A DNA stretch of 64,000 nucleotides from Vitrella brassicaformis CCMP3155 (Eukaryota > Protista > Chromerida): contig CDMY01000510.1 in NCBI GenBank assembly GCA_001179505.1, positions 186,001 to 250,000 of the forward strand, read 5' to 3'. Positions within the stretch are counted from its first letter, which is position 1; each line of letters begins with the position of its first letter. The translations under genes and the position numbers were made by a program. Below are positions 37,301 through 49,904 of the stretch, one piece after another. Below the pieces are notes generated by a model. That model saw nothing but the letters and a program-made list of their open reading frames with translations. It made no database searches and was not told the origin of the DNA.

Positions 37301-38720
37301 AATGAGGACTCGGATGACGAGGGGGAGGGATTCCAGGCTACTGCGGGTCCGTACGGCAGTATGGACAGGCAGACCACCTTGCACCATTGTTGATATGGGT
37401 GTGTGTGTGTGTGCAGATGTCAAGAAGAAGGTCAAGATAGCGAAGGTCTTCCGCGACCTGCTCAAGGAGGAGCCCAACGCCACACTCAAAGAATGCACCT
37501 CAGAGATCCAGGCAAGCACGCAACCAACCACCCCCNNNNNNNNNNNNNNNNNNNNNNNNNNNNNNNNNNNNNNNNNNNNNNNNNNNNNNNNNNNNNNNNN
37601 NNNNNNNNNNNNNNNNNNNNNNNNNNNNNNNNNNNNNNNNNNNNNNNNNNNNNNNNNNNNNNNNNNNNNNNNNNNNNNNNNNNNNNNNNNNNNNNNNNNN
37701 NNNNNNNNNNNNNNNNNNNNNNNNNNNNNNNNNNNNNNNNNNNNNNNNNNNNNNNNNNNNNNNNNNNNNNNNNNNNNNNNNNNNNNNNNNNNNNNNNNNN
37801 NNNNNNNNNNNNNNNNNNNNNNNNNNNNNNNNNNNCCCCCCCCCCCACCCACCCATCCACCCACCCATGTGGGTGCATCCTCTGTGTGTGTGAGTGCAGT
37901 GCATCAGCCACCTCATAGCCGAGGGCGCGATGAGGCCCACACACACTTCGCTGTCGCGCACGCGTGAGACGATCTCGGTGATGCAAGAGAAGGGCATCAT
38001 CGAGATCGACCCCACCAAAGGCACCCGACTCATCAAGAGAGACGCCAACCTGCAGGAGATCTTCCACACGGGCATCAAGGCCAACAAGGCCCAGGCCGCC
38101 GCTGCTGCCCAAGAGAGGGTCGATGGTCAGTGCACTGGTCATCATGAGATAAAGCCGTGTCCATCTCGTTCGTCTCGTGACGGTCTTATCTCGTCTCTTT
38201 CTGCGTGTGCAGCTTATCGCGTTGCGAGCACGCTGGTCAAGCACTTGAAGAGTCTTTCTGGCCTGATGGACACACAGATGACCTCACACGCCCAGGTAAA
38301 TGGGCAGCACGACAAGCAAGCCTGGCGGAAGCGGATTCTTTGCGTGTGTGCAGGTGTTTGCAACCCTCTCGCCCAAGGTGGTGTCGCCCACGCCCATCGC
38401 CGCTCACACCTACATCGGCGCGGTCGACACACTCGCCGCGCAGAGCATCATCGCGGGCCCCAGCCCATCAGGGGTGCGACTGCTCATCCCTGCATCCAGC
38501 GAGTACATAGCCAAGGTACGCCGATCTGCCTGCATGTGCCAGCCATGTGTGATGTGATATCTATGTTTCTTACTTTGTCTCTCTCTCTGTGTGTGTGGAT
38601 ATGGATGGCGGTAGTTGTGGAACGTGACGCTGAAGAAGCCCGCCGCCAAGCAGCAGGCGCCCAAGGCGCCAGCAGCGCACAAGGCCCAGTCGGGGCTGTT
38701 CGGCGCCGCCATGCGGTCAA
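26957..38720 (+). CDS. SBNO: Strawberry notch (SBNO) family SF2 helicase-like protein, many exons; 3' end uncertain (possibly to ~39067)
   Basis: [133 protein letters not shown] and LGALTRGDRRA. Confidence 0.93.
37536..37835. other. Assembly gap (300 N) flanked by poly-C
   Basis: Fixed-length N run inside the SBNO gene. Confidence 1.
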
Positions 38721-39147
38721 AGTACGAGTGAGACAGACAGACAGACAGACAGACAGAATGCCCACAGATACACACACACATCCACACACACACACACACG
38801 AGATATCACATGCCATGGTTGGAGTGGTAGACAGACAGAGGGGCGGAGGGAGGCCGAGCTGTCGGCCACCAGTTTTGACGGATGGGATGGATGGGATGGA
38901 TGTATTGACCGACTGACTGAGCGCATTCACCTCAAGGGAAACGGACGAATGGCGCTCTGCAAAGTAAGGGCACATGTGTCTGTCTGCGATGGCACATGGC
39001 ATTGACTGTACAGGAGTCACTTGCACGCATGGATAAAGGCACACACAATACATGTCGGTCGGCATGAGTCGACTCCACCCACACGAAATCATTCACGAAG
39101 GCATCTCTGACGCACCACCAATCTGCGCTGGACCACCCCCCCCCCCC

Positions 39148-39447
39148 NNNNNNNNNNNNNNNNNNNNNNNNNNNNNNNNNNNNNNNNNNNNNNNNNNNNN
39201 NNNNNNNNNNNNNNNNNNNNNNNNNNNNNNNNNNNNNNNNNNNNNNNNNNNNNNNNNNNNNNNNNNNNNNNNNNNNNNNNNNNNNNNNNNNNNNNNNNNN
39301 NNNNNNNNNNNNNNNNNNNNNNNNNNNNNNNNNNNNNNNNNNNNNNNNNNNNNNNNNNNNNNNNNNNNNNNNNNNNNNNNNNNNNNNNNNNNNNNNNNNN
39401 NNNNNNNNNNNNNNNNNNNNNNNNNNNNNNNNNNNNNNNNNNNNNNN
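39148..39447. other. Assembly gap (300 N) flanked by poly-C
   Basis: Fixed-length N run. Confidence 1.
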
Positions 39448-39546
39448 CCCCCCCCCCCCTCCCACCCATATATCTGACAACCGATGGAGAAATACGACTC
39501 GGCTCCGCTGATTCATGCCATGTCTGTCACTCATCCGCTCTGCCCG

Positions 39547-41370
39547 TCAGAACGGTTTGGAGCAGAGAGGGCATTTGGGTGTCGGCTCCGGCTCGAACCC
39601 CTCCTCCTCGTCGGCATCGTCGGTGCCGCCCGCCAGGATGCGCTCGTGGCACGACCCACAGTAGACCTTGCAACCTATGCACAAACAAACAAATGACCTG
39701 TGCATCTGTGCGTGGTGTCCCTCCCTCCCTCCCTCGCTGACCGCACGGCAGCACCACTGTGCGCGGCTCCGACAGGCAGGCCATGCAGACGCTCTCCCTC
39801 TCACGCTCAGCCACCTCTGTCTTGGTACGCTGTTCCTCGGCCGCCCCCCGCAGCTGTGTCAGCCGGGTCACCTCGGAGTCGATGTTGATCACGAGGCAGC
39901 CCAGCTCCGCCGAGCTGATCTGATGCAGACGGGCACCGCCGAGGCGACCACGCTCGAGCGATGCATTCTGCTGGCCGAGTCGCGCGTTGTCAGCCTGGAG
40001 CGACTGTATGGCCGCATCGCGCTCTTCGATGATGGAGTCCTTCTCGTCGATGGTGTTGGTCAGGGTCCTGGTGCTCTTCCGCTGCTCGGCGATGATGCGG
40101 TCCTTCTCTTTGATAGTGTTGTCCTTCTCGAAGATGGTACGATCTCTCTTCTCGATAGTCATTCTCGCCTGACAGAATACATTTGAGGGAACGGCCATCG
40201 GCTGAGTGAGTGCAACGGCCCCTCTAGCCACTTACGTCGTGCAGTTCTGTGAGCGCCTTGAGGTAGTTGGGCTCCCATGGACTGACCGACACGATGAGGG
40301 CCATCTGGGCATCCCGCACCGACGAGTAACTGCTCGGGTCCACCTTGGACAGGATCGACACCACCGTGCTGGACGAACACAGACCGCCCAGCTTCCGCTT
40401 GAGAATGCCAAACAAAGACACCCCCACTGATCAGAAGAGAACAGACAAACAAGCACGGAATTGCGACTCGAGTCGGAGGCACGGAATTGCGACTCGAGTC
40501 GGAGGCGGCGAGCCCTTGATGTGATGCGTACCTTGGCACACCGTGGTCTGCGATCTGACTTCGAACACGCCAATCCGCGGACTTCCGTAGTCGTCGCCCA
40601 CAATCTGCACAATCTGTGGGACGCAGAGACAATGGCACCAGCCGACATTCATTCCTTTCGCCAGCCCGGCCCTTCCTGTTTTCTGCCGATCTCACCGTCT
40701 TGTGTCCTGCATTGTAGGCCTCCAACAGTCGGGCGCGGTTCTCCCCACTGCTCTCAGGAATGGTGTGCTCGACTCCCTGAGCGGCTATCAACACATACAT
40801 GGCCATGGAGGCTTTCGACCCACTCAGCCTGCCTGCCGGCATCTCACTCCTGACGAGCTGCCGCCAGTCGGGAAGAAGAGATCTGGATGGATGGATGGAT
40901 GACGCGGCATTCCTCTCCTCTCTCAGACTTACGGGGCGAAGAAAAGTTCTTCGTATTGGTAGCGATGGCGTTCAGCGTGTCACCATGTGTGATGCTGTAG
41001 TAGTCGAGGGCCTTGTCGTGGTCCAGCTGCCATGACACAAACACACACAGCCTGATCACATTCATGCAGATCTGAAGGCCACGTAACGTACCAGTTTGCC
41101 CTGGAACATGACGCGCAGCACTTCAGCTGGGAAGCCCTCCTTGGCCTCATACTTACGCAGCACGTCCGCTACCTGCGGTAGGCAGACAGCACACACACGA
41201 GAGATGATGCCGATGATGCCTGGGCCCATTGCATTCACCGGTGCTCTCTCACCAGCTCTCCTTGCTGCACGTCCAACACCACGCTGCGAGAGGCCGCATT
41301 GCCGCCGCGAACAAACAACTGCATCGTCAGATCTGCGAGAAAGACGGTGATTTTCCCCAGGATGGGCCAC
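39547..41370 (-). CDS. Ubiquitin-like domain plus coiled-coil plus C-terminal RING finger protein (start uncertain)
   Basis: Ubl: VADVLRKYEAKEGFPAEVLRVMFQGKL-LDHDKALDYYSITHGDTL. Heptad EKDxxI repeats. RING: CMACLSEPRTVVLPCG-CKVYCGSCHER...KCPLCSKPF*. Confidence 0.8.
40453..40504. repeat. 26-bp tandem duplication containing the 12-bp palindrome CGACTCGAGTCG (intronic)
   Basis: gcacggaattgcgactcgagtcggag occurs twice, directly adjacent. Confidence 0.9.
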
Positions 41371-41486
41371 TCATGCCCGCAGCTGCAATACACACGACAT
41401 GAGCAGGATTGTTATTGATGCGTGTTACTCGCGCATGCTGAGTTGGGGCTGTGTGAAACCGATTGTTGGCGTTAACAGTAAAGTTC

Positions 41487-43855
41487 CTGTACGCCCCTGC
41501 CGCTTTCTCGATGCTGCAGAAGATGGTACATCATTGGCCGAGGATGGCCAGCGGGGATGAAACGGATGAGAATTGGTGTGTGCATTGCATCTTCAGGTGA
41601 GATCTGCGCTCCTCTCGGCCCTCCTGGCGGCCTTCTGCCTCCCCCATCTGTCGCACGGAGCCTGCAGATCAACGAAGAATTTGCGTCTCCGTTCCGGAGT
41701 GGAATCCTGGTGGAAATCCTGGTCTACCTCTTTGTCTGCAGGGGCAAGGAGATCGACCATGTGGACCAGGCCTTTCTTGTGGACGCAATCGTTCTTGACT
41801 TCCTCGGCGGCGGCGGCACGTTCACGCTTCTGTGGATCAAACAAAGACCAGATCAGCGCCCCAGATGTGATGCCGTCTCCGTCCCTGGTTGTCCATCTCG
41901 AATAGCTGACATAGCCATCGGCACGAGGAGGATATCTTCAACAGCAGCTGATGGATGAATGGATGATGCCGTCCGTGATGTGATGCCGTCTCCGTCCCTC
42001 GTTGTTCATCTCGAATAGCTGACATAGCCATCGGCACGAGGAGGATATCTTCAGCAGCAGCTGATGGATGAATGGATGATGCCGTCCGTGATGCCGTCTC
42101 CCTCCCTCGCTCGTTGCCGCGGAGAGGTAGGATGCTCTTGGTTCTGGGGCCGTTGCACAGCAAGTCGCAGTGGTAAAGGGGTCGCCGCTAGTGGCGAAGG
42201 GGTCGCCGCGCTGCTGCTGCTGCTGGCTGCCGCCTGGTGGTCGCTGCCGTCGCCGCCCTCTTGTGGTAAGGTCTCGGGTCGGCGCTCTCGGCTTCAGGCG
42301 GTGCGTCCAGCGCCTCCGACATGGCCTGGAGGAATTCACAAGAGGGGCAGCCACTCATCGCCTGACACACGGAAGGAACTCAATACATGTTTGCGGGCAG
42401 AGGTCCTCATGCGTGCCGATCAGCGTGGCGGACTTGGCAGCGTCTGAGCGGCGAGTGCGTGCCATTTCTAGACGATGGCTTGGTCAGCCTGCCCTTTCGA
42501 CCTCTTTTAGCCGCTCCNNNNNNNNNNNNNNNNNNNNNNNNNNNNNNNNNNNNNNNNNNNNNNNNNNNNNNNNNNNNNNNNNNNNNNNNNNNNNNNNNNN
42601 NNNNNNNNNNNNNNNNNNNNNNNNNNNNNNNNNNNNNNNNNNNNNNNNNNNNNNNNNNNNNNNNNNNNNNNNNNNNNNNNNNNNNNNNNNNNNNNNNNNN
42701 NNNNNNNNNNNNNNNNNNNNNNNNNNNNNNNNNNNNNNNNNNNNNNNNNNNNNNNNNNNNNNNNNNNNNNNNNNNNNNNNNNNNNNNNNNNNNNNNNNNN
42801 NNNNNNNNNNNNNNNNNCTGTACGCCCCTGCCGCTTTCTCGATGCTGCAGAAGATGGTACATCATTGGCCGAGGATGGCCAGCGGGGATGAAACGGATGA
42901 GAATTGGTGTGTGCATTGCATCTTCAGGTGAGATCTGCGCTCCTCTCGGCCCTCCTGGCGGCCTTCTGCCTCCCCCATCTGTCGCACGGAGCCTGCAGAT
43001 CAACGAAGAATTTGCGTCTCCGTTCCGGAGTGGAATCCTGGTGGAAATCCTGGTCTACCTCTTTGTCTGCAGGGGCAAGGAGATCGACCATGTGGACCAG
43101 GCCTTTCTTGTGGACGCAATCGTTCTTGACTTCCTCGGCGGCGGCGGCACGTTCACGCTTCTGTGGATCAAACAAAGACCAGATCAGCGCCCCAGATGTG
43201 ATGCCGTCTCCGTCCCTGGTTGTCCATCTCGAATAGCTGACATAGCCATCGGCACGAGGAGGATATCTTCAGCAGCAGCTGATGGATGAATGAATGGATG
43301 ATGCCGTCCGTGATGTGAGTATGCCGTCTCCGTCCCTCGTTGTCCATCTCGAATAGCTGACATAGCCATCGGCACGAGGAGGATATCTTCAGCAGCAGCT
43401 GATGGATGAATGGATGATGCCGTCCGTGATGCCGTCTCCCTCCCTCGCTCGTTGCCGCGGAGAGGTAGGATGCTCTTGGTTCTGGGGCCGTTGCACAGCA
43501 AGTCGCAGTGGTAAAGGGGTCGCCGCTAGTGGCGAAGGGGTCGCCGCGCTGCTGCTGCTGCTGGCTGCCGCCTGGTGGTCGCTGCCGTCGCCGCCCTCTT
43601 GTGGTAAGGTCTCGGGTCGGCGCTCTCGGCTTCAGGCGGTGCGTCCAGCGCCTCCGACATGGCCTGGAGGAATTCACAAGAGGGGCAGCCACTCATCGCC
43701 TGACACACGGAAGGAACTCAATACATGTTTGCGGGCAGAGGTCCTCATGCGTGCCGATCAGCGTGGCGGACTTGGCAGCGTCTGAGCGGCGAGTGCGTGC
43801 CATTTCTAGACGATGGCTTGGTCAGCCTGCCCTTTCGACCTCTTTTAGCCGCTCC
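41487..43855. repeat. Near-identical ~1.03-kb direct duplication (41487-42517 and 42818-43855) separated by a 300-N gap
   Basis: Both copies start ctgtacgcccctgccgc and end cttttagccgctcc. Differences are confined to an internal ~110-bp tandem unit. Confidence 0.95.
42518..42817. other. Assembly gap (300 N) between duplicated ~1-kb copies
   Basis: Fixed-length N run with no homopolymer flanks. Confidence 1.
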
Positions 43856-46800
43856 GCCATCTTGCCCTTGGTGTGCTCATCGTCGCATTGCGGCAGCACG
43901 CCTAGAGACACAAACGATCCATCGTGAATGATCGTTGCGTAAATGATGTTCCGTGATGTGTGTGAGTGCGCGCATTCGTACCATGATTGTTGGGTGCAGC
44001 AGCGAATACCAAGACAGCATAGCAGCGAAACAAGAGACCTCAGCAGTGGCAGCAATCGATCCATTGACCTGCACACACACACCGAGACACACACACAACG
44101 TTTGTTGCGCCGAGCACAATGCTGACGCGACGTCGTCGGCTGCGGGTGAACCGGGTACTCTGTTGATGACGGCCTCGATGTCGTTGTCGCACAGATTCTC
44201 GGCCACGCCATAGGAAATGCAGAGCAAAAGATCGCCCTCATAGGCCTGCCAGGGGACCCCTGCGCCCTCGCCGAGGAGGTCAGGTCGCCAGCGTTGATGT
44301 TCTTGATGTCGATGCTACCCGTCCCTTCATCGGTTTCCTCACCCTCGCCCTCCTGACTCGCATGACGGAGGGGATCGTGGCCGCAGGGTGGTGGAGGCAC
44401 GCTTCTTCCGCGGCACGGGGGTGGGGAACTGCCGCGGCGAACCCGGTTGAGTGAGAGTGGCACTGACAGAGATATACCGCATACAGTGGGAGGGAGGACA
44501 CACACATAAACGGATGCGCCAGTGTCTGTGTCCGTTTTTTGTGCCAATCACCTGCTGAAATAGCACGTCGGGCATCGGCTTGTTCTCCTGCAGGAATCCA
44601 GTGACGCTCTCGAAGTCTTTCTTGGTCGGCAGACCCTCCCTCGCCCTTCCTCGCCCTGGTTGGGAAGGGCAAGCAGAAGAGGCTGCCGAAATGACTCGCG
44701 CCGCACCGAGGCGGGTGGGGTAAGGGGGCGCTGCGCCGGAATAGGAACGTATCTCCGCGCAATATAAAATGTAGGCAGCCGTGAGGCGACGCCTCGCCCC
44801 TCTCTCTCCGGCGAACGAAAGACCCAGAAGACAGAGGGCGCAGAGTGAGAAGGAGCATCCTTGCATTCTGCACTGGATGAATTTCCGCTTCTGTAAAACC
44901 ACAATGATCTGAGTCACCTTCAATTGTTCGTCCTGATGCTCTGTGAAGAGCCTGGCGTTGTCGCGGAAAAGGTCGTCGGAGCCGGTCTCTGTGAACAGCG
45001 CCAACGAGAGCAGCGCGTCCAGCTGGGAAGGGGCGAGCGCATGCACTCGAAGGCATTGCCAGTCCTTGCTACAGGCACGTGTAGGTGCCGTGCCTTGGCC
45101 GCCACTCTGCTTCTATCATGCAGACGACTGCGGCGGAGAAGACCACAAATATCGATACCAAGAATGCCGCGAATCTGATGGAGACACACTCGAGACACAA
45201 GCAAATACAGACGACATGAATGAAAGGCAACAAGCATTCGCAGAGTGATGTCTGTTGTCTCGTCCTCTCACCACATTGATGGAACGCCTTGTCACATGAC
45301 ACCGGAGGGCCTGCATTTATACGGATGGACACACAGACACGGATACCAGGGAGAGATAGACAGACAGATAAGGGTGTTTGTATGTACTCTGCTCCGTCGT
45401 TTCCCTTACTGTTTCGGCCCCATACTAGGATACCATATGCCTCCCCGTGGGTCTTTGCCGAGTGAAGTGGTGGATTGATGACACCACACACACACATACA
45501 GACACACACATGGCCCTGTTTCTCTTCCTCTCTCTGTGTGTGTCTGGGTGACTGACCTTCCGCTTGTTGGCTTTAGCCTGGCGACTACGGTCCTCCGACT
45601 CCACACGCGACTCACACGACGGACTCAAATCCCCCAACCAACTAACTCGACACACCACACTGACACACACACAGACAGAAAGAAAGATGCGAGGTGACAT
45701 CCATCCATTCCCCATGCCTGTCCGGTGCGTTAGTTCCTGCCTCCCCTCCCTCCCGCCCTCACTCAGCTGCGTAGCACTTCTTGTGAGGGAACAGGCATTC
45801 CTTGATTTCGTTCAGGCATTCACCACCTCCTCCACCATGCCCAGTCGGATGGCTTCGTCGAGCATCTGCTGCTCGGCGGAGCCCGGCGAAGTCTACAGTC
45901 ATCTTCTCCTCCAGACCATTCTGAACATGCTGCACAAACCACACACACACACACACACGTGTAGAGACAAGACAAATGATCAAGTTGATTGCTTTGTTGA
46001 TTGTGGCATTATGTCACCTGGATGAGTTTTGGTGTGCGTCTGTGTATTTGACTGGCCTCTTGTCCCTCACATAGCGCGTCTCGCCCTTGGTGTAAAGGAG
46101 GTCCACACTCACGTGCTGCACACACAGCCAGTCAGCAACAGGACCAAGCAAAAGGCGATGGGACGAGAGTGTGAAAGGGCTGTCTGGCCAGGTTGGCTGA
46201 GTGACCTACCGCCGTCGCCTTCTCCTGCGCCATCTGCGGCTTGAACAGGTCGGTGATGCTCTCGCCTGGGCCGCCTTGCGCACATGGCTGGACTGCTGCA
46301 CTCATAAATGACGACACAACGCCCACGCAGTGAGGAGTGAATTTCATGCAACACATGCCTTCGCGTCCGCCCTCATCCCTGGCTTACGTCGCAGTATTGC
46401 ACTGGATGTGCGCCGGGGATGGTGCGCATGTCATGGCGCTTCTTGAAGCCAGCCGTGCAATTCCCCTTTTCCTCCTCATATCGGTGGATGATGCCGAAGT
46501 CCTCCAATCCCCGCTCCCTCTCAGCGCCTCCTTCTCCTTGGTCAGGGGCGCATATGCGTGGCGCCTGTCGGGATGTGGTCTGTCGCTGCCGTCAGGCATG
46601 CTTGGGATTGCCAGCGAATGCGGGCAAAATGCTGCACACAAGACACACACACACACACCCCTGGATGCAGTCCCCCTTCAATTTACCCACCCTCTCCCTC
46701 ACACCCACCTGCAGAATTGTTGCTCCTCCTCTTCCTTCTCCTTCTGAGCCTTGTTGACCTTCGTCTCGCCAAACACACCGGCAGCAGGCTTGTCGTGCCC

Positions 46801-47407
46801 ACAGACACCCCCGTCATCATGGTGACCATTCCGCGTGTCTCCGCAACGACGTCGCGACACAGATAATACAGGAGAAGAGCTCTCGATCCATTCCATATTC
46901 ACTGCTCTCTTCCCTCTCTTTCCCATGTGTATGTGCACTGGTCTATTCCCTCCCTTTTTTTCTCACCCACACACACGGCTTCTTCATTGCGTCAAGTCCA
47001 GCTGCTCTTCCGGCTCCGTCACCGATTTCTGCGAAACTGGTGATGACACTCATTTCTCATGTCTTTGTGTGTGCATTGCCTTCTCACTTCCATAGCATTG
47101 AAGAGTGTCGTTTGCACTCATTGAGCTCCAACAAATACATAACACAGGCAGCGATGAGAGCCTGAAAAGGAAGAAAGCAGAGAGACATGCCGTCAGTGCT
47201 CTCATGTGTCTCTTGTTCCCTCCCCTTAGCGTCAACGAATGTACGAGTTGCGCGCGCTGGCACAGGTCGGTCAAGTCTGATGTCAAGTCAAAGAAGCACT
47301 TCTTTCATCGTCATGATCCAGTGTGCCCAGCACATGTACCTGAGAGATGGTCCTCGTGGCGAGCAGCTCAGTTGGCGGCGCAACTTGGCGCCATCATGAT
47401 GCTGGTC
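42924..47407 (-). other. Poorly resolved multi-exon hypothetical gene(s) or decaying gene
   Basis: Coding-like blocks bounded by splice signals (e.g. LDALLSLALFTETGSDDLFRDNARLF...DVLFQQ|, HVSVDLLYTKGETRY|, LEDFGIIHRYEEEKGN), but I could not build one continuous frame and recognise no domain. Confidence 0.4.
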
Positions 47408-48617
47408 CATACAAAGCGGCCTGCTTACATCTGAAGGAGCGTCACGAGAAGACAGACAGACAGACAGACAGACAGAGACACAAAGGAGCAGAATTGTACA
47501 TGTGGGTAATCCTTTTTCTTCTGTCTGTCTTTGCATGCGTACCTGCGCGTTGGGTAAGACACAATGCCACCGAACGAAGGAAGAAAGACAGCCCGCCTGT
47601 CTGTCTGTCTGTCCATCTGGGGCCGCAAGCAACAAACGACAAAGAAGACCCTCACAAACAACAAACTAACAAGAGCTAGCTAGCTAGCTAGCTACACACA
47701 AACACACAGACACATAGGTACATACGTACACGCATAGACACGTACACGTATGCTGTCGGTCTCTGCTCTATACATTCTCTATTTGTTTGTATTTATGCGA
47801 TGCGATGCGATGCGATGCGATGCGTCTGTCTGCCTGTCTGTCTGTCTGTCCTGTGCAGGGGCGGAGGAGTTCGTTGCATTGATGATTTTGATTTAGGAGG
47901 ATTAAGGGCGAAGGCCGTCGGTGGGGGGGTGTTTGTTGCTGTATGTGTTGCCGTGGCGTCGATGCGCGTCCACAAGTCGGGGCCGGGTTTCGTTACCATT
48001 TCTTTGAAGCGTACAAGGCCATGAGGCGATGAGGCGATGAGGGAGGCGATGAGGGAGGCGTTGGGCGTCGATCGAGAGAGAGATGAGGAGCGGGAGCGTT
48101 GGCGTTTATTTCTCTTTGGACAGGAAGCTCGAGAGACGATGGGACTTCGGCCTTGTCGTCGACGGCGGCGCTACACACAGAATGTGCTCAACTTTCTTCG
48201 TTTGTTTGTTTCTTCCGCTCACCGGCTTTCTGTTTCCTTTCCTGGAGTCGAAAAGAGTTGTCTGTGGAGCAGTAAAGGCATGATTAGCGTCAACACTGAT
48301 ACAGTCAAGGTACACTGAACACCTGATTCATTGAATATTTCCTTCACCTTTTGAGGACTCCGTCGAGAAAAGGAGACGGCCATGGGGAGAAACGCCAAAG
48401 TGTTTCATCTGCACACAAACATGCCAACAGGGCACATGAGATGACCACAGCAATGAAACGGACCACCCAGTCATCCTCGAACATCATCCACACACCATGC
48501 CGACACCGCAGCCAACAACAAAAAAAGAGATATGACACGTGTACTCACCTGAGAGGATGTTTAACGTTTGTGAAGACAAGAGAAGGCGTCCGCGCACTCA
48601 GCTGACGCCGACAGGTT

Positions 48618-48908
48618 TCAGGCGGTGACCGTTGCCACCCATTCGCAGAAGGCAGGGCGCCACCGCTGAGGCCTGACTCGCGGCACGGCGTTAGAGGAAG
48701 GAAGTGGCAGACGACATTCGGACAAGTCGAGGGCGGAAGGGGACGGGGCGGAGCGCACAAGCCAACGACCACTCACCAAGGAAGGAGGGAGGCTCAGGCT
48801 GATGTCAGCGTCTGACGGGAGGGTCAGGGCGGTCAGGTGGACTTGTCCTCTTCGCAAACGGCGAGCAGGGGGGGCTGCGTGGGCCTCGGGCGGGTGGCGC
48901 CCGACCAC
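48618..48908 (-). pseudogene. Possible isolated gene fragment without ATG
   Basis: GC-rich coding-like stretch (RHPPEAHAAPPARRLRRGQVHLTALTLPSDADISLSLPP...) in otherwise non-coding DNA, with only a GTG start. Confidence 0.3.
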
Positions 48909-49904
48909 TCCCGCCGAAAAATGAACAGAAACGAAGGAGATGTGAGGCGAACAGTGAGAATTGAGGGCAGCCGGCTTGGAAACTGTCTGATATCCCTTAT
49001 TCTCACAAACCTGTCTCGGAGACGGCTATGATCTGAAATCTCGCCGCGATTCTCGCCAAATTTAAGCTCGCAAATGTGAAAGCAATGTCGTGATTACGGC
49101 GGACCCTATGTGCGCGCATGGAGAAAGAGAACGGCGCCGCATCTACGAAGAAGTTCATCCAGCGCAGATCTCGTGGATTATGCCACAAGTCTGGAATGCG
49201 ACGGCACAGAGTCTACTGCATCTAGCGTTGTGGGGGTGGATGAGATTTCTATGTTGGCTGCATGACTTCACTTTTTCATCTCTCGCAGTGTCTGTCCCTC
49301 ACACTCACAGACGCACGCGCACCCAGCGGATCGTCGCGTCGAACTGGACGCGACACGCCTTCAGGCCTGACCTTCCTGTACATGTCATGTGTGCGGCCAC
49401 ACGGTGTGTCATGACAGTGAGCGCATTGTGTGGATTGGATACAAACAGGAGGAAGTGTACATGGAGGCCACACGCACGCAAACCAGCAAACTCACACGGA
49501 CGGCACGGCAAACCAGCTAGCTGCTCCCCTGCCCCCCCCTGTCAGTCAACTGTGCAAAGCCACCTCTCTCTGCTTCACAAACACTCAGCCGAATCGAATC
49601 ACATCGCCCTGTGTGTGATTGACTGACTGACTGACTGACCGACCGTATCCATCAACCAGCAACAAGACAAACACCGGACAGCCAATGACAAATTGGTGGA
49701 GGGAGCAAACACTCCCCTCCCCTCCCCCTCCCCCCTCTCTATACATGATGACATCGACATGGACGTACGTCATAAGCCCCCCACCCACGTCAGTGTCTGC
49801 CCATCCATCGGTTATGTATACACCCAAGCAAGCAAGCAACCAAGCAATAGACAACAAAATCGCCGTCCGTACTGGTACAGCAAAACCCTCGCTCACTCAC
49901 TCAC

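Noticed and set aside
40453-40504. CRISPR-like repeat with a palindrome
   Set aside because: Only two adjacent copies, no spacers, no cas genes, and it sits in a eukaryotic intron.
41864-42105. CRISPR array
   Set aside because: The units are near-identical along their whole length with no unique spacers.
47660-48060. (AGCT)n, (GCGAT)n and GAGGCGAT repeats as a telomeric or regulatory array
   Set aside because: Ordinary simple repeats with no telomere-type motif.
49000-49270. Microsatellite-free stretch with a small ORF (MEKENGAASTKKFIQRR...)
   Set aside because: Too short, with no recognisable motif or repeat structure.
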